Positions 55,801-64,000 of a DNA stretch of 64,000 nucleotides are shown in pieces (position 1 is the stretch's first letter; each line of letters opens with the position of its first letter). The stretch covers positions 2,125 to 66,124 of the forward strand of contig JAYFNH010000013.1 of NCBI GenBank assembly GCA_034933545.1, in the 5' to 3' direction. The notes beneath the pieces were generated by a model that searched no databases, was not told the DNA's origin, and saw nothing but the letters and a program-made list of their open reading frames with translations. This stretch comes from Oscillibacter sp. GTDB lineage: Bacteria > Bacillota > Clostridia > Oscillospirales > Oscillospiraceae. The translations under genes were made by a program, and so were the position numbers.

Positions 55801-57435
55801 TTCGCCTGTATATACAAGATCCAGCGGCACTTCACCGGTGGCGGTATAGCCGGCGGAGCGGTCCGTCCAGGTAATGCCGTCGGGAGATGTCCAGATAAGA
55901 CCGCTGCCCAGAGCCACAAACTGGCCGTTGGCATAGGTCACGGAGAGAATGAGCGTGGCGGAGGTGGCTGGCAGCGTGGGGACGGTCCAGGTGACGCCGT
56001 CCGTGCTGGTCCTCAAAGCAGCCTTGGAAGAATTGGTGCCCACGGCCACAAAGAGACCGTTGCCGAAGGCCACATCACGCATCAAACCGGTCTGTGTGTT
56101 CACGGTGGTCCAGTTGAAGCCGTCTGAAGAAGTGGCCAGGGCGGAAACGCTGTTGTTGTTCGTGTTGGCTCCCACGGCAACGTACTTGCCGTTTCCGGCG
56201 GCTGCTGCATAGAAGTAGGAGGTGCGCGCGGACAGACTTGCCTGGGTCCAGTTGGTCAGATCCGCGGACGTCCAGATAGCGCCGTCGCCGCCTATTTTAC
56301 CGGCGGCTACATATTTGCCGCCGTCATAGATCACGTCGTAATAGGTGTTGCCCCATGTGTTTTTCCAGTTGATGCCGTCAGAAGAAACAAGGAGCCCCTC
56401 GTTGCCGGCGCAGAAATAAAGACCGTTGAGATATTGGGAATTCTGAGCGGTAAAGTAGTGCGTATACGGCTGCATGGTCCAGTTGACAAAGTCAGTGGAG
56501 GTGTAGACCGTCAAATAAGACTGAGGTTTCTGGAAACCGAAGAGATAATAGGTGCCGTTGGCATACATGGCAGTAAACATCTGGTTGTCGAAGTCGGCGG
56601 AATTCTCCTTGAACGGAGCGCCCACCTGCGTGAAGCTTGTCAGATCCACTGAGGTCCATATGTAGCCGAAAGGATCGGACAGGACATAGCGGTCGTTGAC
56701 CCAGGTGACATAATTGATGCTGGACACCATCTGGCTGTCCGGAGTAAGGAGCGTGGGGGAGAAGGTCCAGGTGCCGTCTGTGGAGGAGATGATGCGGCCT
56801 TCGCCCCAGCCGTTGGAGGTATCGCACATAGAGATGACCAGCCGCGTCCCGTTGTTGCCAACGGATATATCAGTGGGCGCGCTTTGGGACGTCATCCCGG
56901 TGGGGAGCATCATCGACCAGGAAAAGCCGTCCTCGGATGTGAGATAGCCGCCCTGGGTAAGCGCGTAAAAGGCACCGACCCCGTTCCATGTGAGATACTT
57001 GACATCTGTAATGGACTGGGTAACAGGCGACAAGGTCGGCGTCCAGGTCAGCCCGTCAAAAGAGGTCAGGATCACGCCACAGTCGCCGACGGCGACAAAT
57101 ACGCCGTTTCCGAAAGCAGTACCCCAAAAAACAAAGGTGTTGCTGCCGTCGAGATAATTGCTGGTGATCCCCGGATAGGAGGGAACATCCGCTTTGTCTT
57201 TGATGCTTGACCAGTTTTGCCCGTCTGTGGAACGGACGATGGCGCCGTAATAGCCCACGGAAACATAGGCGTCGTCTCCGAAAGCAACGCTATTCATCTG
57301 ACTTGTGGGCATGGAGGTTCCGCTTTTCAGCGAGAAAGTGTCCTGCCCCGCCGCAAACGCGGGAAGAGCCAGGGAGGGAAGAAGGGAGACCACCAGGCAA
57401 AGGCTCAGCAGAACGCTTAAGACTCGTTTTTTCAT
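52819..57435 (-). CDS. Large cell-wall-anchored protein: Asp-box beta-propellers, YDG/MBG-like repeats, InlB B-repeat
   Basis: Signal peptide; many S.DG..W repeats; KVYDG and KAYDGK; TFNSNGGS...PTRQGYTFTGWY; SPSTGD, TM and basic tail. Confidence 0.85.
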   Translation of the reverse strand: MKKRVLSVLLSLCLVVSLLPSLALPAFAAGQDTFSLKSGTSMPTSQMNSVAFGDDAYVSVGYYGAIVRSTDGQNWSSIKDKADVPSYPGITSNYLDGSNTFVFWGTAFGNGVFVAVGDCGVILTSFDGLTWTPTLSPVTQSITDVKYLTWNGVGAFYALTQGGYLTSEDGFSWSMMLPTGMTSQSAPTDISVGNNGTRLVISMCDTSNGWGEGRIISSTDGTWTFSPTLLTPDSQMVSSINYVTWVNDRYVLSDPFGYIWTSVDLTSFTQVGAPFKENSADFDNQMFTAMYANGTYYLFGFQKPQSYLTVYTSTDFVNWTMQPYTHYFTAQNSQYLNGLYFCAGNEGLLVSSDGINWKNTWGNTYYDVIYDGGKYVAAGKIGGDGAIWTSADLTNWTQASLSARTSYFYAAAAGNGKYVAVGANTNNNSVSALATSSDGFNWTTVNTQTGLMRDVAFGNGLFVAVGTNSSKAALRTSTDGVTWTVPTLPATSATLILSVTYANGQFVALGSGLIWTSPDGITWTDRSAGYTATGEVPLDLVYTGETYVLLGYRSAAPKSLFTRTSSDLSTWSDASETGCYYTGSIGGKLGVLGNHLYVLGRAGGTVSSSYCAASSQDLGTSWSLSSVDFGKMMPYATSSANGYVLFTGNSGLVMAGEVEMTPTISVQAASSSDADSTYGEASAVKTYTASFSEYALAPQNVSAAWCASDGTTAGAPAAGINLTVGTYDAQTGNLPVTFSTDPSADAGDYYIKITSDADSGKTPAAAVVKFTVSKASYAPLSEHTVPVMVGAVRSGSVKLSELFSSVPADAAFTSVTAPASATVMDTVAINSSDAGQLDYTSKDNPDGIVASDTYTVTIASRNYQDLTATLVFESTPKTVVTISGLTAPASLSYSGAPVSGSVFGTPAAVGQPLLDSTLVYTYTGTDSTVYGPSADAPTNAGTYQLTVSVPKSNTDFTGSAFVPFTIAPAKITASAGSAQISKVYDGTSGAGALSGTLSVSGLLPSDSGVSVQPGAVPAYAAKGVVSNVPLDLPVSLSGDTLGNYQLSSVTVSVPAAITAKNVAVSGITAADKAYDGKTAAALRTDSAVLDGKLSADSLSLTVSGAFDSAEAGQDKTVSLHIDLTGEDAGNYRLSSGTQTVAIASISPASVTISASDQTAWAGDSVPSLTDYTVSGLLSGQKLIVLPTLSYAAVPDMTVAGTVAIKVSGADAGKNYTISYIGGFLTILARPVVTFNSNGGSAVASVRANNSGKVTSPAAPTRQGYTFTGWYADEALTQLWQFASDTVAKDLTLYAKWTANVTADSLVEVTGPATPPVTVTGLDAEAGVVAAQQADPTASVVVKMTVEKKTESDLLSVPEVKAALDAIKSSLTAAPDKQLSFEFLDISVTKIITTPAGNTTSSRMGTTSHVLEIVIPYDTTGKENICVLQYHEGEGVRVFTPDNTRSGADGTCYVDTAAQQIHLFTQKFSTYAISYETAVSTPAAPVTPSVPDAQPTGPAAASPSTGDTAGILFWITAAAVSGACGCAYVWGRKKHSAEK

Positions 57436-57546
57436 GTTTACTACCTCTCGATTCCTTATTTTGGTTCAAATGGGAATGACTTTTTGGGGGGAGGCGGACC
57501 GGGAAGATGATGTGGCTGAAATGACCGCGTAAATCACATAAGGGCT

Positions 57547-57579
57547 GCTGATGTAAAGCTGATGTAAAGCTGATGTAAA
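57547..57579. repeat. Three exact 11-bp tandem repeats
   Basis: GCTGATGTAAA x3 (TTTACATCAGC on minus), immediately after a minus-strand TGGTATAAT (57580-57588). Confidence 0.85.
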
Positions 57580-57905
57580 ATTATACCATAAAACTTCCCT
57601 GTCGAAAAGAAAAAAATTTTACTTTAGGTGAACTTTTTGACACATGTTCTATGTGTGACGCCTGTATCTTGGCAGAGACGACAATATGCCGCTTTTCAGC
57701 AAAAAAAGCGGATAATGTTGAAAAAGAAAATGAATGGGATTATGATAAAAGCAAAACAAATGGCCAAGAGAAAAATACTTTTCCAACCGCGGCGGGGCGG
57801 GCCTGAAAGGGCCGCGCAGACCGTGAGAGCTGGCGCCCGGAGGGCTTTTGCCCCCGGCTGTGAAAAACGGCGCTCTCCCGCCCGCGAAATAAAGGGATTA
57901 ACTGT

Positions 57906-58572
57906 ATGGAAAGAGAAACGACCACGAGGCTCGTGGTGGAGGACCAGAAGATCAATCGTGAGATCCTGTGCAGCATCCTCCGGCCGGAGTATGCCGTTCT
58001 GGAGGCGGGAAACGGTGCCGAGGCGCTGGACCTGGGGGCCTGGGACTTTGTGACAAAACCCTGCCGTCCCCAGACGCTGCTCGGATGCCTGAAAACGTGA
58101 TCGTGCGCAGCCGGTACTATCTGATGGACCGCATGAAGCACGCCTGTGCCCACGTACCTGGATTCGGAAAATTTGGAGCGGGTGAACAAAACCATCTGGA
58201 CCTCCACCCTCCGGACCGAGCTGCAACAGTATGCAGCAGCCCGCCGCCGTCTGCGAGGTGGAAAATAACCACTTTCGCGCGCTTTTGGAAAATCCACGCT
58301 TTTGGGAATTTGTGGACTACAGGCCACGCATCGACAGCCGCATTCCCGCCACCTGCGAAAAACGGCTGACCCCGGCGTTCCGCGAGGTTGTTCTGCACAC
58401 GTTTTTGGAAGCCGCCCGCCTCCGCCGGGACGGCACGCAGGCAGAGGTGCGGATGTATGTGCAGTCCTGGGGCAAAAACAACCCGCGCAGGTATTGTTCG
58501 CTCAGTTTTCCCCGGCCGACGGCCCCATCCAATGACAGCTCCGGGGCTGGAGAGAAACAGAAAAAGGATTGA
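57906..58572 (+). pseudogene. Fragmented receiver/PAS signalling gene
   Basis: LVVEDQKINREILCSILRPEYAVLEAGNGAEAL joined directly to GAWDFVTKP (REC domain with its middle deleted); further fragments in other frames. Confidence 0.6.
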
Positions 58573-58599
58573 ATTTCATCAGGAAAGGCGGAAACGATC

Positions 58600-61500
58600 A
58601 TGCACTTTGACGAGACGATTCTCACGGCCATTGCCCAGGCGAATCCCGGAGATTTTGCCATCTATCGGATCCGACAGGGCAAGCTGATCCTGTTTGCCGG
58701 ATCCCCCAGCCTTCCTGCCCTTTCCGGCATGACGGAGGAGGAATATACCGCTCTTGCGGCCTCCGATGCCGCCCGGATCATACTGGAAAAAGACCGCCTT
58801 CATGTGACGCAGCTGGTAAAGCAGATCCTTTCCGACGGAAAAGACATTGATGTTACCTGCCGCATTATCCACAAGACAAAAGGTGCGGTGTGGATCCGCG
58901 CCAAGTCCCGGCTGCTGGGATACCTGGACGGCGATGCGGTTTTGATGACGTCTTTCCTGAGCACATCCTTTGAGCCGGAGAAGCACGCGCAGCTGCTGAA
59001 CTACATCCCCGCCGTCACCTATGTGGTGGAGAAAAACACCTATAAGATACTTTACGCCAACGAACCCGCCCTGCGCCAGTGGGGCCGGGAAAACTTCAAC
59101 GGGCAGCCCTGCTATGCTTTTATTGGAGGTCGGAAGGCACCCTGTCCCTGGTGCGCCATTCCTCTGCCGGAGGAGGGGAGCCTGCATCAAAAGGTGTGCT
59201 ATTCCCCCGCTGATGACAAATGGTTCCGCATTGACTGCCAGGAGATCAACTGGTACGGCCGGGAGGCCGTGGCGGTGTGCGCCGTGGACATCACCGACGA
59301 AAAAAAGCGGCAGGAACATCTGGAGGTGGATAAAAACAGTCTGGAGACTGTCGTCAACAACATTCCGGTGGGCGTGGGCGTGGGCGAGATCAGAGACGGA
59401 CGGATCTGCGTCTCTTCCGTCAACCATCAGATCACCCGGATGCTGGGCGTGTCGGAGAACTATTTTTTTCGGCCCGACAAGAAACTGCGGGACAGGATCC
59501 ATCCGGAGGACCAACCTGTGGTGAAAGCCTCCATGGCCCGTGTCGCCCATGCGGAGGAGAACGTTCGCTTTGAGTTTCGCTTCAAAGATAAGGACGATGG
59601 CGAATACCGCTGGTACCGTGCTGCGGTTTCGAATGTGTCCCAGGGCGGGAGCCGGATGGTCTTTGTCTGCATGTGGGATGTGACGGAAGGAAAAGCCGTC
59701 CAGACAGAGATTCAGAAGAGAAGACAGATGTATGAAGCGGTGGTGGAGGAAGCGCACCTCACCGTCTGGGAGTATGATATGGCGGCCCACCGTATCACCG
59801 TGGCGGACAACCCCCATACGGAAGCGGGCCATCATACGGCGGGAATGCCCCGAACACTGGACAACGTCCCACTCTCCATGGCCGAATACCTTGAGCCAAA
59901 AAGTATGCCCCAGCTGCTGGAGATGTTCCGCGCCATCGAAAGCGGTGCGCCCCGGGCCAGCTGCGACGTCTGGTTCAAGCAGCGCCCCGGCCAGGACCCC
60001 CGGTGCGAGCATCTGTGCTGCCTGTCCACGCTGGACGAGAACGGAAGACTCATCCGCTCCTATGGCTTCGGACAAAACATCACCTCCCAGAAGCTGGAGG
60101 AGGAAAAGTATGCCCGTGCTTACCGGCAGCAGGCCGCCGCGCATCCCTATACGCTGGGCAGCTTTCATCTGAATCTGACCAAGAATCGGTGCACCAACGG
60201 GGAAAGTCCCCTGTCTTTCGTGCTGAAGCAGCAGGAATCTGGCACGGCAGACGGGTATTTTCTGGAATTTTCCAAGCTCATCGCCGACCCGGAGATCAAA
60301 GAGACATTTTTCCACCTCTTTGACCGGCAGCGTCTTCTCAAAGAGTTTACCCGGGGACACACGCAGATGTCCATCGAATACCCCATCATCTATCCCGACG
60401 GACAGCTTTACTGGCGGGAGGGCGACCTTTTCATGATCCAGAATCCCAAGACCGGGGATGTGGAGGCGGTCACCTATGCGCTGGACATCAACGAACGCAA
60501 GAAAAACGAGGAGATCATCAAGCAGCTGATCTCCAAAAAATTCGATTTGATTGCGCTCATTAACCTGCCCTGCCAGACCATTGAGTTTCGCAACAAGCGC
60601 CCGGACATCATCTTCGGCAAAATACAGGAGCGGGCGGGCTATGAAGACTGGCGCACCTATATCCGGAGCAATTTTGTGCCGGAAGAGGGCCGGAAGCGGT
60701 ACATGGCGGGAACAGAGCTGAAAACCATCGCCAGGGAACTCTCCCAAAACGAGGAATATTTGTTTACGTTTCCGCTGCGTGAGGGGGACAGACTCACACA
60801 GCGGCAGATGCAGTACAGCTGGCTGGACCGGGCCCGGAAAGTGGTGCTGGTGGTTCGGGCGGATATTACTGCCACCTATGCCCAGGAGCAGCGGCAGCTG
60901 GCCTTTGTCAAAAAAGCACTGCAGCGGGAAGAGGAGGCCAACCGGGCCAAAACGGAGTTTGTCTCCCGCATCAGCCATGATATCCGCACCCCCATCAGCA
61001 TCATCCAGAGCATGACCGTCTTTGCCCAGGAGGATCTGGACGACCGAAAGAAACTCCAGGACGACCTGCGGAAGATCGAAGCCTCCAACACCTTCTTGCT
61101 CAGTCTCATCAACGACGTGCTGGACATTTCCAAGATCGACAGCGGAAAGATCGAGCTGCGGCCGGAGCCCTATCGCTACGACGATTACATTGCCAATATC
61201 TGCAATATGTTTGAGCCCCTCTGCCGGCAAAAGGAAATCCGTTTTGTGTTGGAGACGGGACAGGGCGCCGGAACGCTTCTGGTCGATCACATCCGGCTGA
61301 ATCAGATCACGCTGAACCTGCTGTCAAACGCCGTAAAATATACCCCCGAGGGGGGCACGGTGACATTTTCCGCTGTCACGAAAAAGCAGCCTGACGGAAA
61401 ACTGCTTTGTGAGATCCGCATCCGGGATACGGGCATTGGCATGAGTCCGGCGTTTCAAAACCAGATGTTCGAGCCGTTTTCGCAGGAGTATGACAATCCC

Positions 61501-62109
61501 AACCGACCCAAAGCCGGCAGCGGCACCGGGCTGGGCCTTTCCATCGTGAAGCGCCTGGTGGATCTGGTGGGCGGCACCATCAGCGTCGAAAGCGCGCTTG
61601 GAAAGGGAACGGATATCCGGGTCTGCTTTGCTGCGCCGGAGGCCGCCCAGAGCCGGAAGGCGGAGTGCGCCGGCGCCTGCCGGGGAAAAACGCCCCTGGC
61701 AGGTAAGATCCTTCTGGCGGAGGACAACGAGATCAACACGGACATTGCCGTGCGCCTTCTCACGGCCTTCGGTCTGGAGGTGGAAACGACGGAAAACGGG
61801 CGCCGTGCCGTGGCGCTTTTCTCGGCCTCGAAACCCTGGGAGTACAACGCCGTTTTGATGGATATCCAGATGCCGCTGCTCAACGGCTTTGAAGCCACGG
61901 CCCAGATCCGTGCCCTGCCAAGGAGCGATGCGGCGGCTGTGCCCATCATCGCCATGACCGCTGACGCCTTTTCCGCCGCGCAGGAGGAAAGCCGCCGGGT
62001 GGGCATGGATGGCTACATCACAAAACCGCTTGTCCCGGAGATTTTGCGGGATGTGATGGAAAAAGCCATCCGGACAAAACACGGCGCCGCCCAAAGCGAG
62101 CCGCTGTAA
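58600..62109 (+). CDS. Cytoplasmic multi-PAS hybrid histidine kinase
   Basis: PAS-like repeats; SRISHDIRTP; NLLSNAVKYT; DTGIGM; GTGLGL; REC LLAEDN...MDIQMP...KP; no clear TM. Confidence 0.92.
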   Translation: MHFDETILTAIAQANPGDFAIYRIRQGKLILFAGSPSLPALSGMTEEEYTALAASDAARIILEKDRLHVTQLVKQILSDGKDIDVTCRIIHKTKGAVWIRAKSRLLGYLDGDAVLMTSFLSTSFEPEKHAQLLNYIPAVTYVVEKNTYKILYANEPALRQWGRENFNGQPCYAFIGGRKAPCPWCAIPLPEEGSLHQKVCYSPADDKWFRIDCQEINWYGREAVAVCAVDITDEKKRQEHLEVDKNSLETVVNNIPVGVGVGEIRDGRICVSSVNHQITRMLGVSENYFFRPDKKLRDRIHPEDQPVVKASMARVAHAEENVRFEFRFKDKDDGEYRWYRAAVSNVSQGGSRMVFVCMWDVTEGKAVQTEIQKRRQMYEAVVEEAHLTVWEYDMAAHRITVADNPHTEAGHHTAGMPRTLDNVPLSMAEYLEPKSMPQLLEMFRAIESGAPRASCDVWFKQRPGQDPRCEHLCCLSTLDENGRLIRSYGFGQNITSQKLEEEKYARAYRQQAAAHPYTLGSFHLNLTKNRCTNGESPLSFVLKQQESGTADGYFLEFSKLIADPEIKETFFHLFDRQRLLKEFTRGHTQMSIEYPIIYPDGQLYWREGDLFMIQNPKTGDVEAVTYALDINERKKNEEIIKQLISKKFDLIALINLPCQTIEFRNKRPDIIFGKIQERAGYEDWRTYIRSNFVPEEGRKRYMAGTELKTIARELSQNEEYLFTFPLREGDRLTQRQMQYSWLDRARKVVLVVRADITATYAQEQRQLAFVKKALQREEEANRAKTEFVSRISHDIRTPISIIQSMTVFAQEDLDDRKKLQDDLRKIEASNTFLLSLINDVLDISKIDSGKIELRPEPYRYDDYIANICNMFEPLCRQKEIRFVLETGQGAGTLLVDHIRLNQITLNLLSNAVKYTPEGGTVTFSAVTKKQPDGKLLCEIRIRDTGIGMSPAFQNQMFEPFSQEYDNPNRPKAGSGTGLGLSIVKRLVDLVGGTISVESALGKGTDIRVCFAAPEAAQSRKAECAGACRGKTPLAGKILLAEDNEINTDIAVRLLTAFGLEVETTENGRRAVALFSASKPWEYNAVLMDIQMPLLNGFEATAQIRALPRSDAAAVPIIAMTADAFSAAQEESRRVGMDGYITKPLVPEILRDVMEKAIRTKHGAAQSEPL

Positions 62110-62209
62110 GGCCGAGGACACGCTCCCGCCCTGTGGGCAAAGCACCGCTCCCGCCATGGGGATCTCACAATACCGCGGCGTCTGCCGCAGAAAAAGGAAC
62201 GGTCACATC

Positions 62210-64000
62210 ATGATCCGACAAGTCAAACAATTTTTTGCCGTACTACTGCTCAGCTGTACGCTGACCGTGCTTTTCACACCCGGCGTGCTGGCGGCAGAGG
62301 ATGAAAAACCTTGCATACGGGTGGGCATCATTGCGTCCGCCGAATATGCCCGGCAAAATGCCGACGGCCGCCTTTCCGGCGTGAATGTGGAATACGCATA
62401 CCGGATCGCCCAGTACGCCAACATCAATATCCGGGTGACGCTGCTCGACAGCGGCAAGAAAGCCCTGCAAATGCTGGACGACGGGCAGATCGACATGATG
62501 TGCGACGTCATGAAGACGCCGGATCGGGAGGAGAAATACCTGTTTTCTCAGCACGAAGTGGGGGAGATCTCCATGTGCGTATACACCGCCGAAGACGACC
62601 GACGCTTTACCTACAACAACTTGGAGCAACTCAAGACCATGACCTTCGGCGCGGAGGAAGTCAGCAAGGTGCGGGATATTTTCACCGCCTGGTGCCGTCA
62701 GCACGGCTTCGAGCCGCAGATCCGCGTGTATCAGATTTCGGACGAGATCAAGGCGGCGATCAAGGACGGCACAGTGGACGCCGGGCTGTACGGTTCCGCC
62801 GCCATGGACGGTTTTCGCACCATTCAGAAATTCGCCGCCCAGCCCTACTACTTTCTGTTCCGTAAAACCGACGGGGAGCTCAAAAGCAAAGTGGACGACG
62901 CCATGAGCAATATCCTGTCCGAAGACACCCTCTATTTCGACAAGCTGATCCAGAAATACACCGCCAATATCAAATACGAAATGGAGGCGCTGTCCGCAGA
63001 GGAGATGGCCTATGTGCAGGCGCATCCGCTTCTGACGGTGGCGGTGGTGGAGGGTGACGCGCCCTATTATGACGTGAATAAAAACGGGAACGCCGGCGGC
63101 ATCCTGCCCGATTTTTACGCCAAGATCGCGGGGCTGACGGGGCTGCAATTTTTCTACCGCGCCTACGCCACACAGGAGGCGGCGGTGGAGGCCGTCAAAT
63201 CCGGACAGGCCGACGTGCTGGGCCTTTTCAGCGATGGGCAGATCACGGCCAACGACCAGGGCCTGCGGATCACACGGGCCTACTCCTATGTGGATACCGT
63301 GCTTCTCACCCGCTCGGAAAACGCGGATAAAAAAATCAAAACGTTCGCGGCCAGAAAGCAAAGTCTGGACACCATCCGCTCTGTTGTGAATCAGATCTAT
63401 CAGGCGGATTTCGTGGGATATGACACCGTGTCCGACTGCTTTACCGCCCTCAGACGGGGCGAGGTGGACGCCATCATCTGCGGTCTGCCCAGCGCCACCT
63501 GGCTCATCAACCAGAACCTGGCGTCGGCTTACAACATCCGCACCATCTCTTCCGGCTCTCTGGCGCTTTGCAGCGCCACCGCCTACGACAACAGCGTGCT
63601 TTCCTGCCTTCTGGGGAAGGCCATCCGCACGGCCTCTTACAGCTTCAACGAGATCGAAATGAACAACACGCTGCCCCAGGACAATCTGGAGACCGCCATC
63701 TCCCGGGTCCCGCCGCTGCGGCTGGCCATTGTCTTTGGAGCGATCCTGCTGGTAATGTTCCTTTGCGGCTGGGCCATTCTGACGCTGCAAAGACGCCAGA
63801 AGGACAAAGCGGTGGTGCTGGCGCAAAGAGCCGAAAACGCCCGCCGTGAAAATGAGATCGCCGTCATGGAAAAAGCGGCGGCGTCAAAAAACCAGTTCTT
63901 CTCCGGCATCAGCCACGATATGCGCACGCCGCTCAACGCCATCCTGGGTTTTTCCGCCCTGGCACAGGAGACGGCTACGTCCCCCCAGACCAGGGACTAT
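62210..64000 (+). CDS. Membrane sensor histidine kinase with two extracellular solute-binding domains (3' truncated)
   Basis: ATG 62210 (MIRQVKQFF...), open to the window end; SBP_bac_3-like repeats; TM; KNQFFSGISHDMRTPLNAILG HisKA. Confidence 0.88.
   Translation, partial: MIRQVKQFFAVLLLSCTLTVLFTPGVLAAEDEKPCIRVGIIASAEYARQNADGRLSGVNVEYAYRIAQYANINIRVTLLDSGKKALQMLDDGQIDMMCDVMKTPDREEKYLFSQHEVGEISMCVYTAEDDRRFTYNNLEQLKTMTFGAEEVSKVRDIFTAWCRQHGFEPQIRVYQISDEIKAAIKDGTVDAGLYGSAAMDGFRTIQKFAAQPYYFLFRKTDGELKSKVDDAMSNILSEDTLYFDKLIQKYTANIKYEMEALSAEEMAYVQAHPLLTVAVVEGDAPYYDVNKNGNAGGILPDFYAKIAGLTGLQFFYRAYATQEAAVEAVKSGQADVLGLFSDGQITANDQGLRITRAYSYVDTVLLTRSENADKKIKTFAARKQSLDTIRSVVNQIYQADFVGYDTVSDCFTALRRGEVDAIICGLPSATWLINQNLASAYNIRTISSGSLALCSATAYDNSVLSCLLGKAIRTASYSFNEIEMNNTLPQDNLETAISRVPPLRLAIVFGAILLVMFLCGWAILTLQRRQKDKAVVLAQRAENARRENEIAVMEKAAASKNQFFSGISHDMRTPLNAILGFSALAQETATSPQTRDY

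Noticed and set aside
58579-61290. 903-aa minus-strand ORF
   Set aside because: Antisense shadow of the hybrid kinase.
1-64000. CRISPR array, cas genes, transposases, rRNA
   Set aside because: No regularly spaced repeat-spacer pattern or matching protein/RNA motifs were seen by eye.

Overview
Chromosomal window from a GC-rich Clostridia-type Firmicute (Oscillospiraceae-like, inferred from gene content). 1-2494 is the right end of a prophage: a GH25 endolysin and a self-contained three-gene accessory cassette, abutting the 3' end of tRNA-Ser(GCT). Two tRNA-Ser genes and a divergent tRNA-Pro follow, with a 31-codon tyrosine-integrase scar beside tRNA-Pro. 3347-22825 is the most notable part: a ~19.5 kb cobalamin (B12) scavenging region with four clear and one degenerate cobalamin riboswitch. 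They control (i) a MoxR AAA+ / DUF58 / transglutaminase-like / alpha-barrel lipoprotein / DUF4430 / cell-wall beta-propeller operon, (ii) an HNH-repeat protein plus a wall-anchored DUF4430 protein, and (iii) a DUF4430 / ECF transporter operon with a CbiR-like TIM-barrel gene. The rest holds two unannotated small ORFs, an Fe-ADH with Rex-like boxes, a metal-chelate ABC operon with an InrS/CsoR-like regulator, pepT, oppBCDFA, and a NiCo-riboswitch-controlled P-type ATPase. It continues with a sigma54 activator with malY-ridA, an acyltransferase/DUF6320 pair, a MarR-controlled ABC exporter, TspO, a 1538-aa surface protein and two hybrid histidine kinases (the last truncated by the window). No CRISPR array was seen. 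Domain calls come from motif reading only; no database search was run.
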